Assembly (NCBI GenBank): GCA_002269645.1
Contig: NIVC01004883.1
Coordinates: forward strand, 1 to 32,443
Reading direction: 5' to 3'
DNA length: 32,443 bases
Source of the DNA: Macrostomum lignano
Taxonomy: Eukaryota
The notes beneath the pieces were generated by a model, which saw only the letters and a program-made list of their open reading frames with translations, was not told where the DNA came from and did not search any database. The position numbers and the translations under genes are program-made. Shown here piece by piece: positions 22,791-32,143 of this stretch. The number at the start of each line of letters is the position of its first letter. The first letter of the stretch is position 1.

Positions 22791-23282
22791 TCAAAGCAAG
22801 CTACATTCGACTCTGACGTTCACCGCACCCGTTAAATTACCCCCCCTCTCTTCAAGGTTAACTGAAGCCTTCTTATTAAACCAAAGCGTTTGCCGCTTCC
22901 CGCTCCAGAGCAGAAGCCCCATGGCTCCACTAGCAGACAGAAGCCACAACAGTGCGGCATCCCAGCTCAGCTATCGGTCAAAACTTGAGGCAACCCCAAC
23001 GAGCAGAGGGCGGACATGTTGCTTTCTAACGAGTTCAGTGTCCAAGAGCCCGCCTTTGAAATCCTTCGGGCTATCTAATTAGACCAGACGTGGCTCGGAG
23101 TCAGGCAATCAGATTTCCTTCCGCCTGCTTTCTGTTTCCTTTCTCCTTGTTTGTTGGCATGTCAAAGTAAAGACACGGCTAATTAGCCAGGTAGTGCGGC
23201 CAGGTTGATGCGCTGTCTTGGTCTTCTCCGTTTCTCTCCTCCCCTTCGCTCTCCCTTCTGTTCTTCCCTCTTTTCCACTGCT

Positions 23283-23920
23283 GTCCCCTCTCCTCCCCTC
23301 TCCTCTCCTCCCCTCTCCTTTCCTCTCCTCTCCTCTCCTCCCCTCTCCTCTCCTCCCTTCTCCTCTTCTCTCCTCCCCTCTCCTCTTCTCTCCTCTCCTC
23401 TTCTCTCCTCTCCTCCCCTCTCCTCTTCTCTCCTCTCCTCTCCTCTCCTCTCCTCTCCTCTCCTCTCCTCTCCTCTCCTCTCCTCTCCTCTCCTTTCCTC
23501 CCATCTCCTCTCCTCTCATCTCCTCTTCTCTTCCCTCCTCTCCTCTCCTCCCCTCTCCTCTCCTCTCCTCTCCTCTCCTCTCCTACCTTTCCTCCCATCT
23601 CCTCTCCTCTCCTCTCCTCCCCTCTCCTTTCCTCCCCTCTCCTCTCCTCTTCTCTCCTCTCCTCCCCTCTCCTTTCCTCTCCTCTCCTCTTCTCCCCTCT
23701 CCTCTCCTCCCTTCTCCTCTTCTCTCCTCCCCTCTCCTCTTCTCTCCTCTCCTCTTCTCTCCTCTCCTCCCCTTTCCTCTTCTCTCCTCTCCTCTCCTCT
23801 CCTCTCCTCTCCTCTCCTCTCCTATCCTCTCCTCTCCTTTCCTCCCATCTCCTCTCCTCTCATCTCCTCTTCTCTTCCCTCCTCTCCTCTCTTCCCCTCT
23901 CCCCTTCTCTCCTCTCTTCT
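23283..23920. repeat. (CTCCT)n polypyrimidine tract with an internal ~350-bp duplication
   Basis: Pentamer repeat; the interruption TTTCCTCCCATCTCCTCTCCTCTCATC occurs at about 23494 and 23838. Confidence 0.92.
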
Positions 23921-24860
23921 CTTCTGTTTCATAATCTCTCCCAACCAACCAAGTCACAAAGGTGAGGTACTGAGGCTCGCAGTAAGAGCGCCATCGCAGT
24001 AAAACTGTTTCCGTCACGAACTCCCGATATCGTCAAACTCTGACAACTTGACATCTGCTAAGCCAGCAATAAATCTGGTTTAATTTGAAACCCTTCAATT
24101 CTTAGCCGCACCTTTCGCCAATGGAACTGTTCCAAATTCCATCTTAAACCTCAAATGAGCAACTTCAGAAATTTATGAGCTGCCGTTCGAGTCCCGATTT
24201 CGAGGCCTACAGGGGATGGCACCTACTAAGCCATACTTGACCCTCTTCCTGTCTGCCTTCTATTCTCCCCTCTCCTTGTCTCCTATTCCAGCCGTCAGGG
24301 CTCGATCTTCCTCTCGAATGAGCCGCATCAATCACGCGAATTCCCTCCTCTCTGCTCCTCTCCTCGCTTCTTAGTTCTCCCCTTCAGCCCCTGTTGTCCC
24401 AGCAGCAGCTCAACTGAGCCCCTGATCGCTCGCCAATTGCTGCTGGCCAGAAGAAGAATGAACGGCGAAAAGCCTATTTTTTTCTTAGAAATCGTCTCCA
24501 AAGCTGCCCGAGCCGGAGCTTCTCCGGAGGAATGCAAAGGGGATTTCAGTCCCGAGGCTGAAATTAACCCCCTTCCTATAGGGGGAATAGCCGAGTGCTC
24601 ACTCTGCCCTCTGTGTGATCAGATTTTTTCCTACAGGAGTTTGTTGTTTGTTTTAAAGTGCGCCATAGAGAGAAGTGGTTAATGTTTTACTGAACAAATT
24701 TATTGAGCGAAAATAACTTTCGATACATATCGGCAAAGTAAAGTATCAACGAAAGTTCTAATTTTCACTTTTAGTGTCTTCACATAAAAATTATTTGCAT
24801 ATATTTACTCACGTTTTTCTAGACCACGAAGAGTTATTTGAGTGTGCATCAATTTATTAA

Positions 24861-24912
24861 GCCGAGGCACTGGAGATCGAACCTGGGACCTTTGGCACAC
24901 GAGTTCGACACG
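24861..24912 (-). mobile_element. tRNA-derived SINE-like fragment (Pol III B box)
   Basis: The minus strand reads AAGGTCCCAGGTTCGATCTCC, a tRNA variable-loop/T-arm-like segment with B box GGTTCGATC (24875-24883). There is no convincing A box or cloverleaf, so it is not called a tRNA. Confidence 0.4.
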
Positions 24913-26259
24913 AAATAAAGCATCCATTGCCTGCTGTCTCACGCATGGCTAGATATGCGATCTATCCAACCAGTTCAAACAGGTCGCTAAGGAAATGAAC
25001 TCGGGGCCTCATCAACTGTCATAAATCATTTCTTGCAGTCTCGGAAACTCAGCGATTGGCAACTTCCGCTTCTCTAGGATTTCTTCCCGTTTTTCCTCAA
25101 AAGACTCTTTTTTCACAGAGCGGCCGAATGCAGTGTAAGCGACTGGATAGCTGCATTTGCCTACTGACTGCAACTGCTTGACATTGTTCTTGACATTGAG
25201 CAAATTCTCACTATGAATTACGATGCCATGTAATATCTCTGTGGGCCTAAGCTGGTTCCCAATACGCATTATATCTGCTAATTGTATCTGTTTACCATTT
25301 AAACCCTATACTGTGTCTTTGGACTTTGAGCGCGCTAATCCTTCTTAAGTCATCTTCATGCGTGCTATAGCATTTCCGTTTATGCATACCAACTGTGGTA
25401 CTCAGCTATCTACCACTTCCCAGCTTTATATTACTACACTCCCTCCCTGGCGCTTTTTCTTCCCCTCTACAGTCACTATCCGGTCCCTGTTTTTCTTTCT
25501 AGCAGTTTATTCCCTGCTCTGGGCTGTCTCCATATCCTCTTCCTGTTATTGCAGCATTCACACTGCTATGTAAGATTTCTCATTCATGTTTTTAACAGTC
25601 AATTCTACCAACTGCTCAACAGCTTTTTTTTTACTTCAGGGTCTTTTGGACAGTCTGAAAATGATAACTTCTTTTGTAACAATAATTATGTTCACGAACT
25701 TTTCTAGCATAAAATCTTCCCTCTCCTCTCCACTCCTCTGCTATACTTGGAGTCGCATTTTCAGCAGCTCAAGCCTCAATGCTTAGTACTTGAGCTTGTG
25801 TAATCAGCTTTATCTTTCCGAGGCATTTTGCAGGCTTTAGAGTCGCATAGAGAGATCTGTGATGAAGGAGCAGTGGAGATGAAGCAGAGACGCTGAGCAA
25901 ACAAATCGTAAATAACGTTTCAATAACACCTCTCCACTACGCCAGGCCCTTTTGTTGGGCATTGGCCAGAGTACAGAGTGGACTCGGGCAGACTGGTCCA
26001 TCATGTTCTGTGTCTACCAGAGGGTCTGGTTCGCACAGAAAAACCCAAAACAGTCTCATCATGCTTGCTGGATGAACCGCATCCCATAACTCCCACAGTG
26101 TTTATTCGTATTTAATTACTTCATAAAGTTATTCACAGATTAAACATACGGCGGCAACATAACGAGACTGAGAAACAAAAAAATAGATGAATACAAGATT
26201 TTGCTTTAATATACTAGGCGTAGAAGCTGAGTTGAAGAAGAAATAGAAAAATATAGTGG

Positions 26260-26315
26260 ATTTAGTAGAAATTTAGTAGTAATTTAGTAGAAATTTAGTA
26301 GTAATTTAGTAGAAA
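26260..26315. repeat. 11-bp tandem repeat ATTTAGTAG(A/T)A, 5 copies
   Basis: Alternating ATTTAGTAGAA / ATTTAGTAGTA. Confidence 0.85.
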
Positions 26316-26322
26316 ATATTCA

Positions 26323-26570
26323 TTTGACCCGAATCGAGAGACGTAGAGTTAGAGAGAGACAGCTAGAAGAGATAAAGACACTCTAGAAAAGAGTCCTTTG
26401 ACCCGAATCGAGAGACGTAGAGTTAGAGAGACTGTCAGAAGAGATACTCTGGAAAAGAGATACTCTAGTAAAAACACTCTAGAAAAGAGTCCTTTGACCC
26501 GAATCGAGAGACGTAGAGTTAGAGGGACTGTCAGAAGAGATACTCTAGTAAAAACACTCTAGAAAAGAGT
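26323..26570. repeat. Three imperfect 74-96-bp tandem units
   Basis: TTTGACCCGAATCGAGAGACGTAGAGTTAGAG at 26323, 26397 and 26493, with shuffled ACTCTAG-containing linkers. Confidence 0.85.
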
Positions 26571-26941
26571 CACGTGCAATTCTTGGTGCGTCAATACTGG
26601 CTTCTAATGGTGTCATTGAATTGGTGCCCACAGCCTACACACATAGCTCGTACACAGTTCAAGCACAACAGCTCGCTAATCCACATAGTGTATACAGATG
26701 TTTATGCTCAAACGATGCAATGGTTTATGCCTAACGCTGCGAGGGTTCGGGCTGCGAGAGGGGAGTGATTGATAATTTAGAGCATTAGCACAACAAGCGT
26801 TAACGCAATTACACAACAATGCAATTAATGGCCGGTTGCCATTGTTTAGTTCAGATTTGGTTCCGCCCGGGTTTTAATATGTTCCACATCTCGACCTCGG
26901 CACCAATAGTTGAAGTCTTTGTTGCTGTGCCAGCCGCCTGC

Positions 26942-27904
26942 TCAATGCTTGAGCGTGTGCCACTTAGACACCTGCTGTCGCGGCCTGTTCATCATTTCTG
27001 TCCAGTGCTTGGACTCCTCGGTGCCGGACCTGGTGCCCAGCCGGATCTTGCCGATCGTGTCCGATCCGATGAAGTCTTTGTCCTTGACCACCAGCTCGAG
27101 CTGGTATTCGTGTATCTTATCCGGGCTGACCGTGAAGTTGAACGACTCGTCCCACTGCGGATTCAAGTTCTTGTAGATGACGGTGCCTTTCTTCTTGTCG
27201 CACTCTTTATTAGTCTTGCTGTGAATCAGCTTCACTACGCAATAGGGATCGGAGGTTCGGCCCAGATCCATAGCCTTTAGGTCGCGAGCTCGAATCGTCA
27301 CCAGGGTGAGCTGGCTGCTCTGCGGGTTGTAGCCGAGAGAGACCATCACGTCGCCTACGTAGCCTCGAGTTTTCTTATTTGGCTGCAGTTGGCGCCACAG
27401 GTTATAGGAGCGCTTCTTCTTGCTCTCATCGTACAGATACATCAGCGGGAACTGGATGTCTCCGATAGAGTCGTCCCGGCTGAACCTGTCGTAGTCGTAC
27501 ACCTGGATGAACAGCGTCCGATCCAGCAGTCTCTCGCCTGGGAAGTCCTCGAATACGAACACTTCGTTCCACTTGGGATTGAGTTTGCGCATTTTTATTT
27601 TAGTTTTCACCTTGTTGCCCTTGTCAGGCAAGATGCTGATCTTACAGTACGGATCTGACGTGCCCATTGGAAAGTCCATAGCGGGCAGCTTCTGGGCCTG
27701 GCAGATTTTTATTGTCAGATGTCGGTCGTTCCAATCGTAGCTGATAACAAAGTTCAAACGACCGAGGTTCTGCTCGGAGCCCTCTTCGAACACTTCGCCG
27801 TTGGTCTCGTGCTCCGGCCGCTTGTCCGCTCCGCTGTTCATCCCGGAGGCCGTGGCGCCCATCGCCTCGGCGCTTTTGGCCATCAAGCTGAACAGGCTGG
27901 TCTC

Positions 27905-27962
<58 letters not shown>

Positions 27963-28201
27963 CTTGGCGACCTGTGCTGTTGGTACTGCTGCTGGTAGTG
28001 CTGCTGCCTTTGCTGGTGGCTGTCCGGGAATCGCCTCGGCGACGCCCTGGCCGCACCGGCCCCGTTGCTGTAGCGCGACGCCGACGCTCCGGCGGAGGAC
28101 GCCGAGACGCCCGGCTTGCTGTCACCCGTCAGCGTTGACACGAGAAAGTCGGCGATGCCCTTGCCGCCCAGGCTGTTTGCGATGCTACCGGGGAGGTTCA
28201 T
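26942..28201 (-). CDS. SYT7: Synaptotagmin-7-like tandem C2A-C2B protein, 419 aa, single exon, polyQ N-terminus, no transmembrane segment in the ORF
   Basis: C2A NLGRLNFVISY...AMDFPMGTSDPY...LPDK..K..TK...KLNPKWNEVFVFEDFP...QVYDYDRFSRDDSIG; C2B ARDLKAMDLGRTSDPY...KKK...NLNPQWDESF...KDKD; C-terminus HWTEMMNRPRQQVSKWHTLK. These match recalled Syt7 signatures ([37 protein letters not shown]). ORF is intact from ATG to TGA. Confidence 0.9.
27905..27961 (-). repeat. Coding (CAG)17-CAA-CAG tract, 19 Gln
   Basis: Counted directly: on + it is CTG TTG (CTG)17. Confidence 0.95.
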
Positions 28202-28356
28202 AGCGACTGCTTCTAGCTTGGGAAGGCTAGTGTCTTGATATTCTAGCTCTGGGACTCCCGAGTAGCGCTCGTGCTGCTCGGTTGACCCTCGCGCTAAGCT
28301 TTATTCCCGCAGCTCAAGCCGGTTGAGCGGCTGAGTAGAGGGAATTTACTCTGCTC

Positions 28357-28395
28357 TCATTGGCTGTTCGACATGAGCAGCTGCAATCATGTGAC
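28357..28395 (-). promoter_or_regulatory. Candidate proximal promoter of the Syt7-like gene: CCAAT box plus E-box/M-box
   Basis: AGCCAATGA on - (core 28359-28363), CAGCTG at 28378-28383 and TCATGTGAC at 28387-28395, about 160-195 nt upstream of the ATG. Confidence 0.35.
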
Positions 28396-29551
28396 CGGTG
28401 TTTTATTTTTCCCTGGACACTTCAGCAATAAATCCCATTGAATAGTAAGCCAATGCTGGACCAGATCTAGATCATTCCCTATAGCTATTGCAGCCCAACT
28501 CTCAATCCCAAATGGCTAGGGCTTCTCCTTTGTAAAAATGCCACTAGAGCAAGCAGCTCAGCTCCGGCCGATGAGATGGAGCGCAGTGTTTCTTTCAGGA
28601 AAAAAATCAGACTAGCAAGCGTAAAAAGTGCAGCACACCGCGGGAAGAAAATCCCATAAGTTTTTTTACTTTGATATTCGATTTTTTTCGAAATGCCCCC
28701 CCACAAGATTTTTGCTGCATGCACGAGGGGAACAGACGGACGCTGAGGCGAATTTGCGCAGTGTCCAGTCAGTGTGCCCTTCAATGACAGAAAGAAGCAG
28801 AGGTAGCGAGGGCACGGGGAGAGACAGGCAGCCTGGCCAGCATACAATAGATACAATAGAGCTGCTTCTATCCTGCGCTGAGAGGCCCCGGCTAAAGAGA
28901 GGATTAGAGGCCGCTGAACCCCCCCCCCCTGCCTTGTTATTCGCCCGCCGTCTGGTGCTGCGCCTGAAGCGCCACGGGCTGCCTTTTCGACTCTTTCCGC
29001 TACACAGAGAAGCTCAGATCTGTCGAGCAAGGCTTTGAGACAGAGAAAAAAAACTAGTTGAGTCGAAATGCGCGGGCACACCCTTTTCCAGCCTCCTCCT
29101 TATTTCTGCTTCTGAGCTAGCAGATTCAGTCAGCAGGATCCCCTCGCCGCAGGGCGCACCTGCTCGCCCGACCTTATGAGCCGGCTCTGCAATCAGCAAC
29201 GGCGGCCAGGTGCTGTAACTCGGCCTGAAACTTGAGAGCGGAAGGCTCTTGATTCGCGAAGAATGATGCTAATTATCTCTGCGCACCTGCTGTCATGATG
29301 AAGCTTATTTTGATGAAACGAACAGTTCCAGACGAATACGCGACTGACAGGAGTGGCAAAACTTCAACGAGCGAACTGGATGTTTGACCGACATAGTTGA
29401 GGGAATTCTCGCGATGGCTTGTAGAACAATTTCTATATCAGGCGATGGCGAGCTGAGAGAAAGGAGTCAGGGTGAACGAATTGATAAAAAAATTTTGCGA
29501 GGGTGACAGATAAAGGCAGGGACGAAGTAAAAACGGCAGAGATGTTGAGAG

Positions 29552-30110
29552 GAAGGGAGACAGGGGAGAGGGAGACAGACAGGGGAGAGGGAGATAGGGG
29601 AGAAGGAGACAGGGAAGAGGGATATAGGGGAGAGTTAGACGGGGGAGAGGGAGATAAGGAAGAGGGAGATAGGGGAGAGTGAGACAGGGAGAGCGAGACA
29701 GGGGAGAGGGAGATAGGGGAGAGGGAGATAGGGGAGAGGGAAACAGGGAGAGCGAGACAGGGGAGAGTGAGACAGGGAGAGGGAGATAGGGGAGAGGGAG
29801 ATAGGGGAGAGGGAGACAGGGAGAGGGAGATAGGGGAGAGTGAGACAGGGAGAGGGAGATAGGGGAGAGGGATATAGGGGAGAGGGAGACAGGGAGAGGG
29901 AGATAGGGGAGAGGGATATAGGGGAGAGGGAGACAGGGAGAGGGAGATAGGGAGAAGGAGACAGGGAGAGCGAGACAGGGGAGAGGGGGGAGATGGGGGG
30001 AGGGAGATAGGGAGAGGGAGACAGGGAGAGGGAGATAGGGGAGAGGGAGATAGGAGAGAGGGAGATAGGGAGAAGGAGCTAGAAATGGACAGAGAGAAGT
30101 CAGAGAGCCT
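29552..30110. repeat. Purine-rich degenerate 14-15-bp repeat GGGAGAGGGAGA(T/C)AG
   Basis: Recurring GGGGAGAGGGAGATA / GGGAGAGGGAGACA. Confidence 0.9.
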
Positions 30111-30585
30111 ATGTAAACACAGACAGGCGAGCATTCTTAAATAGAATAAGTATATAAGGGATATCTTATAGCATCGGAAAGGAGCGCATGACTAATCGGG
30201 GTAGAGCCGGATAAACACAGAAACAAGAGAATATGGAGAAGCGCAACCGGAGAGTCGAGCGAATAAATTCTGGCTCTGCTGTAGCCGCAATATTGGGAAT
30301 CTTAGCTGTCGATCAATCTTTGTTAGAGAGACATTTTTGTAAGGGCCTGTGCCAACTGGAACACCAGCGAACTTGACACAGGCGGGGTGGCCTCAAACGC
30401 AGAGAGGAAATACTTATCTTGCCAGCCGAAATCCCCCGATCCCAGCGGCTTAGCGACCGTCTGCTAGCCGAAAATTGCCAGTCAAGCAAAGTTTTGGGCA
30501 ATTATCCGACGTCTTGTCGCTCATGCATCCCTCCATGATTGGTTGTGTCTGGGGTTGTCCCCGGTTCTGCCGAGATTAAGGGCAG

Positions 30586-30601
30586 AGTGAGAGAGAGAGG
30601 C

Positions 30602-30632
<31 letters not shown>

Positions 30633-30935
30633 AAGAGATAGAGAGAGAGAGAGAGATTGAAAGGCAGAGAGATTGAAAGGCAGAGAGAGTGAAAGGCAGA
30701 GAGATTGAAAGGCAGAGAGATTGAAAGGCAGAGAGAGTGAAAGGCAGAGAGAGTGAAAGGCAGAGAGAGTGAAAGGCAGAAAGAGTGAAAGGCAGAGAGA
30801 TTGAAAGGCAGAGAGAGTGAAAGGCAGAGAGAGTGAAAGGCAGAGAGAGCGAAAGGCAGAAAGAGTGAAAGGCAGAGAGATTGAAAGGCAGAGAGAGTGA
30901 AAGGCAGAGAGGGTGAAAGGCAGAGAGAGTGAAGG
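30586..30935. repeat. (GA)n microsatellite grading into a 16-bp repeat GAAAGGCAGAGAGA(G/T)T
   Basis: GA run at about 30586-30655, then about 17 copies of the 16-mer. Confidence 0.92.
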
Positions 30936-31661
30936 ACAAAGAGATTGAAGACAGTGGAAGACAGTGAACTTGCACTCATTTTTAACAATAACAAGAGCTG
31001 TAATTCATGAAGGCAACATCTGAAAAAGAATACTTTCTTGTTGAATAAAAGTTGCTATTGGCGTCAATGCAGTGCCATACATGGCGTGAGTCCTTGATGC
31101 TGTAGCTACAGCGCGCGTGAACAAGTGGCTCCCTTTTAATAAACTGTCTTCTCTCCTTTTCGGCTCCCGAGATGATGGATGAAGTGCCCAGCTCCAGTAT
31201 CCTAGTAATATGATTAGCGCCGCATTATCTGATCGCGCTTTGCAGCTACTTACCGAATTTTTATATAAAATGCGGCCTCAGATTTTTTGCTAAGTGCCCC
31301 AACTCTTCCGTGCTTCCAATAGCTCGACTATCCCCTATCCAGGCCAGACAAAGAGGCTTGCAATGCAGCGCAGTGCAAGGAGAAATTGATTGATCGATTG
31401 AAAATTCGCCTGGATGGGCACTCTTTGCCGGCCTCTTTTTGTGTTGCCCCAGCCTGTTTGCGACAGGCGGATAGCTCGTAGTGGTGAATCGATATCCTCT
31501 GCTCTATGCTTCCAGTGAAAGCGCTGATACAAAACCAGTTGTTGGCTTGAAAACTGCCCCGATCACTTTGTCAGTTCAGCTCTTGTCTTGACAAGATACA
31601 GAATAGAATCTACAGTTGTGTGACTTGCGAGTTTATATACAAAATAATCGGATACACATGA

Positions 31662-32000
31662 CAACCAACCACTCCATGCCGCCAGCACCCCATTAAAAAA
31701 CCACCCCACGCCGCAAGCACCCCATAAAACAACCACCCATGCCGCCAGACCCATGAAAAAACCACCCCACGCCGCAAGCACCCCATAAAACAACCACCCC
31801 ATGCCGCCAGCACCCATGAAAAAACCACCCCACGCCGCAAGCACCCCATAAAACAAACACCCCATGCCGCCAGCACCCATGAAAAACCACCCCATGCCGC
31901 AAGCACCCATAAAACAACCACCCCACGCCGCAAGCACCACATAAAACAACTACCCCACGCCGCAAACACCCCATAAAACAACTAGCCACGTCTCCAGCAC
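31662..32000. repeat. Degenerate ~31-32-bp repeat CACCCCA(C/T)GCCGC(A/C)AGCACCCATAAAACAAC
   Basis: About 10 copies with many small indels; lies just upstream of the GluN1-like acceptor. Confidence 0.85.
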
Positions 32001-32143
32001 CCTAAAAAACCAACCCCACCCACACAGCCAAATCCTGAAAACGACCGCACCACGCGGCCAACACTCGAAGAATCAACCACTCCACTTAATCTGCCTACAA
32101 CCGAAGCCAATCAATCAATCTCAACAACTCTCCATCCCAACAG

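Noticed and set aside
23109-24017. RGEERR / SSPLL ORFs
   Set aside because: Translation of (CTCCT)n.
24861-24960. Functional tRNA gene
   Set aside because: Only the B-box/T-arm-like part is recognisable; no acceptor stem or anticodon arm could be folded.
26819-28203. Plus-strand and alternative-frame ORFs over Syt7 (poly-L, poly-C, poly-S, poly-A)
   Set aside because: Shadow ORFs of a GC-rich CDS and its CAG repeat.
28485-29081. 198-aa minus ORF as the Syt7 N-terminal/TM exon
   Set aside because: Its hydrophobic patches are short and scattered, I see no resemblance to the Syt7 TM/Cys cluster, the start is non-ATG, and I did not identify a splice path to the Syt7 ORF; not formally excluded.
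30226-30375. NMEKRN reading as the preceding GluN1 exon (MEKHN motif)
   Set aside because: Similarity is limited to 4-5 residues; the flanks do not match GluN1.
29433-31989. Ser/Pro/Leu- and Gly/Trp-rich minus ORFs
   Set aside because: Each coincides with a simple or degenerate tandem repeat.
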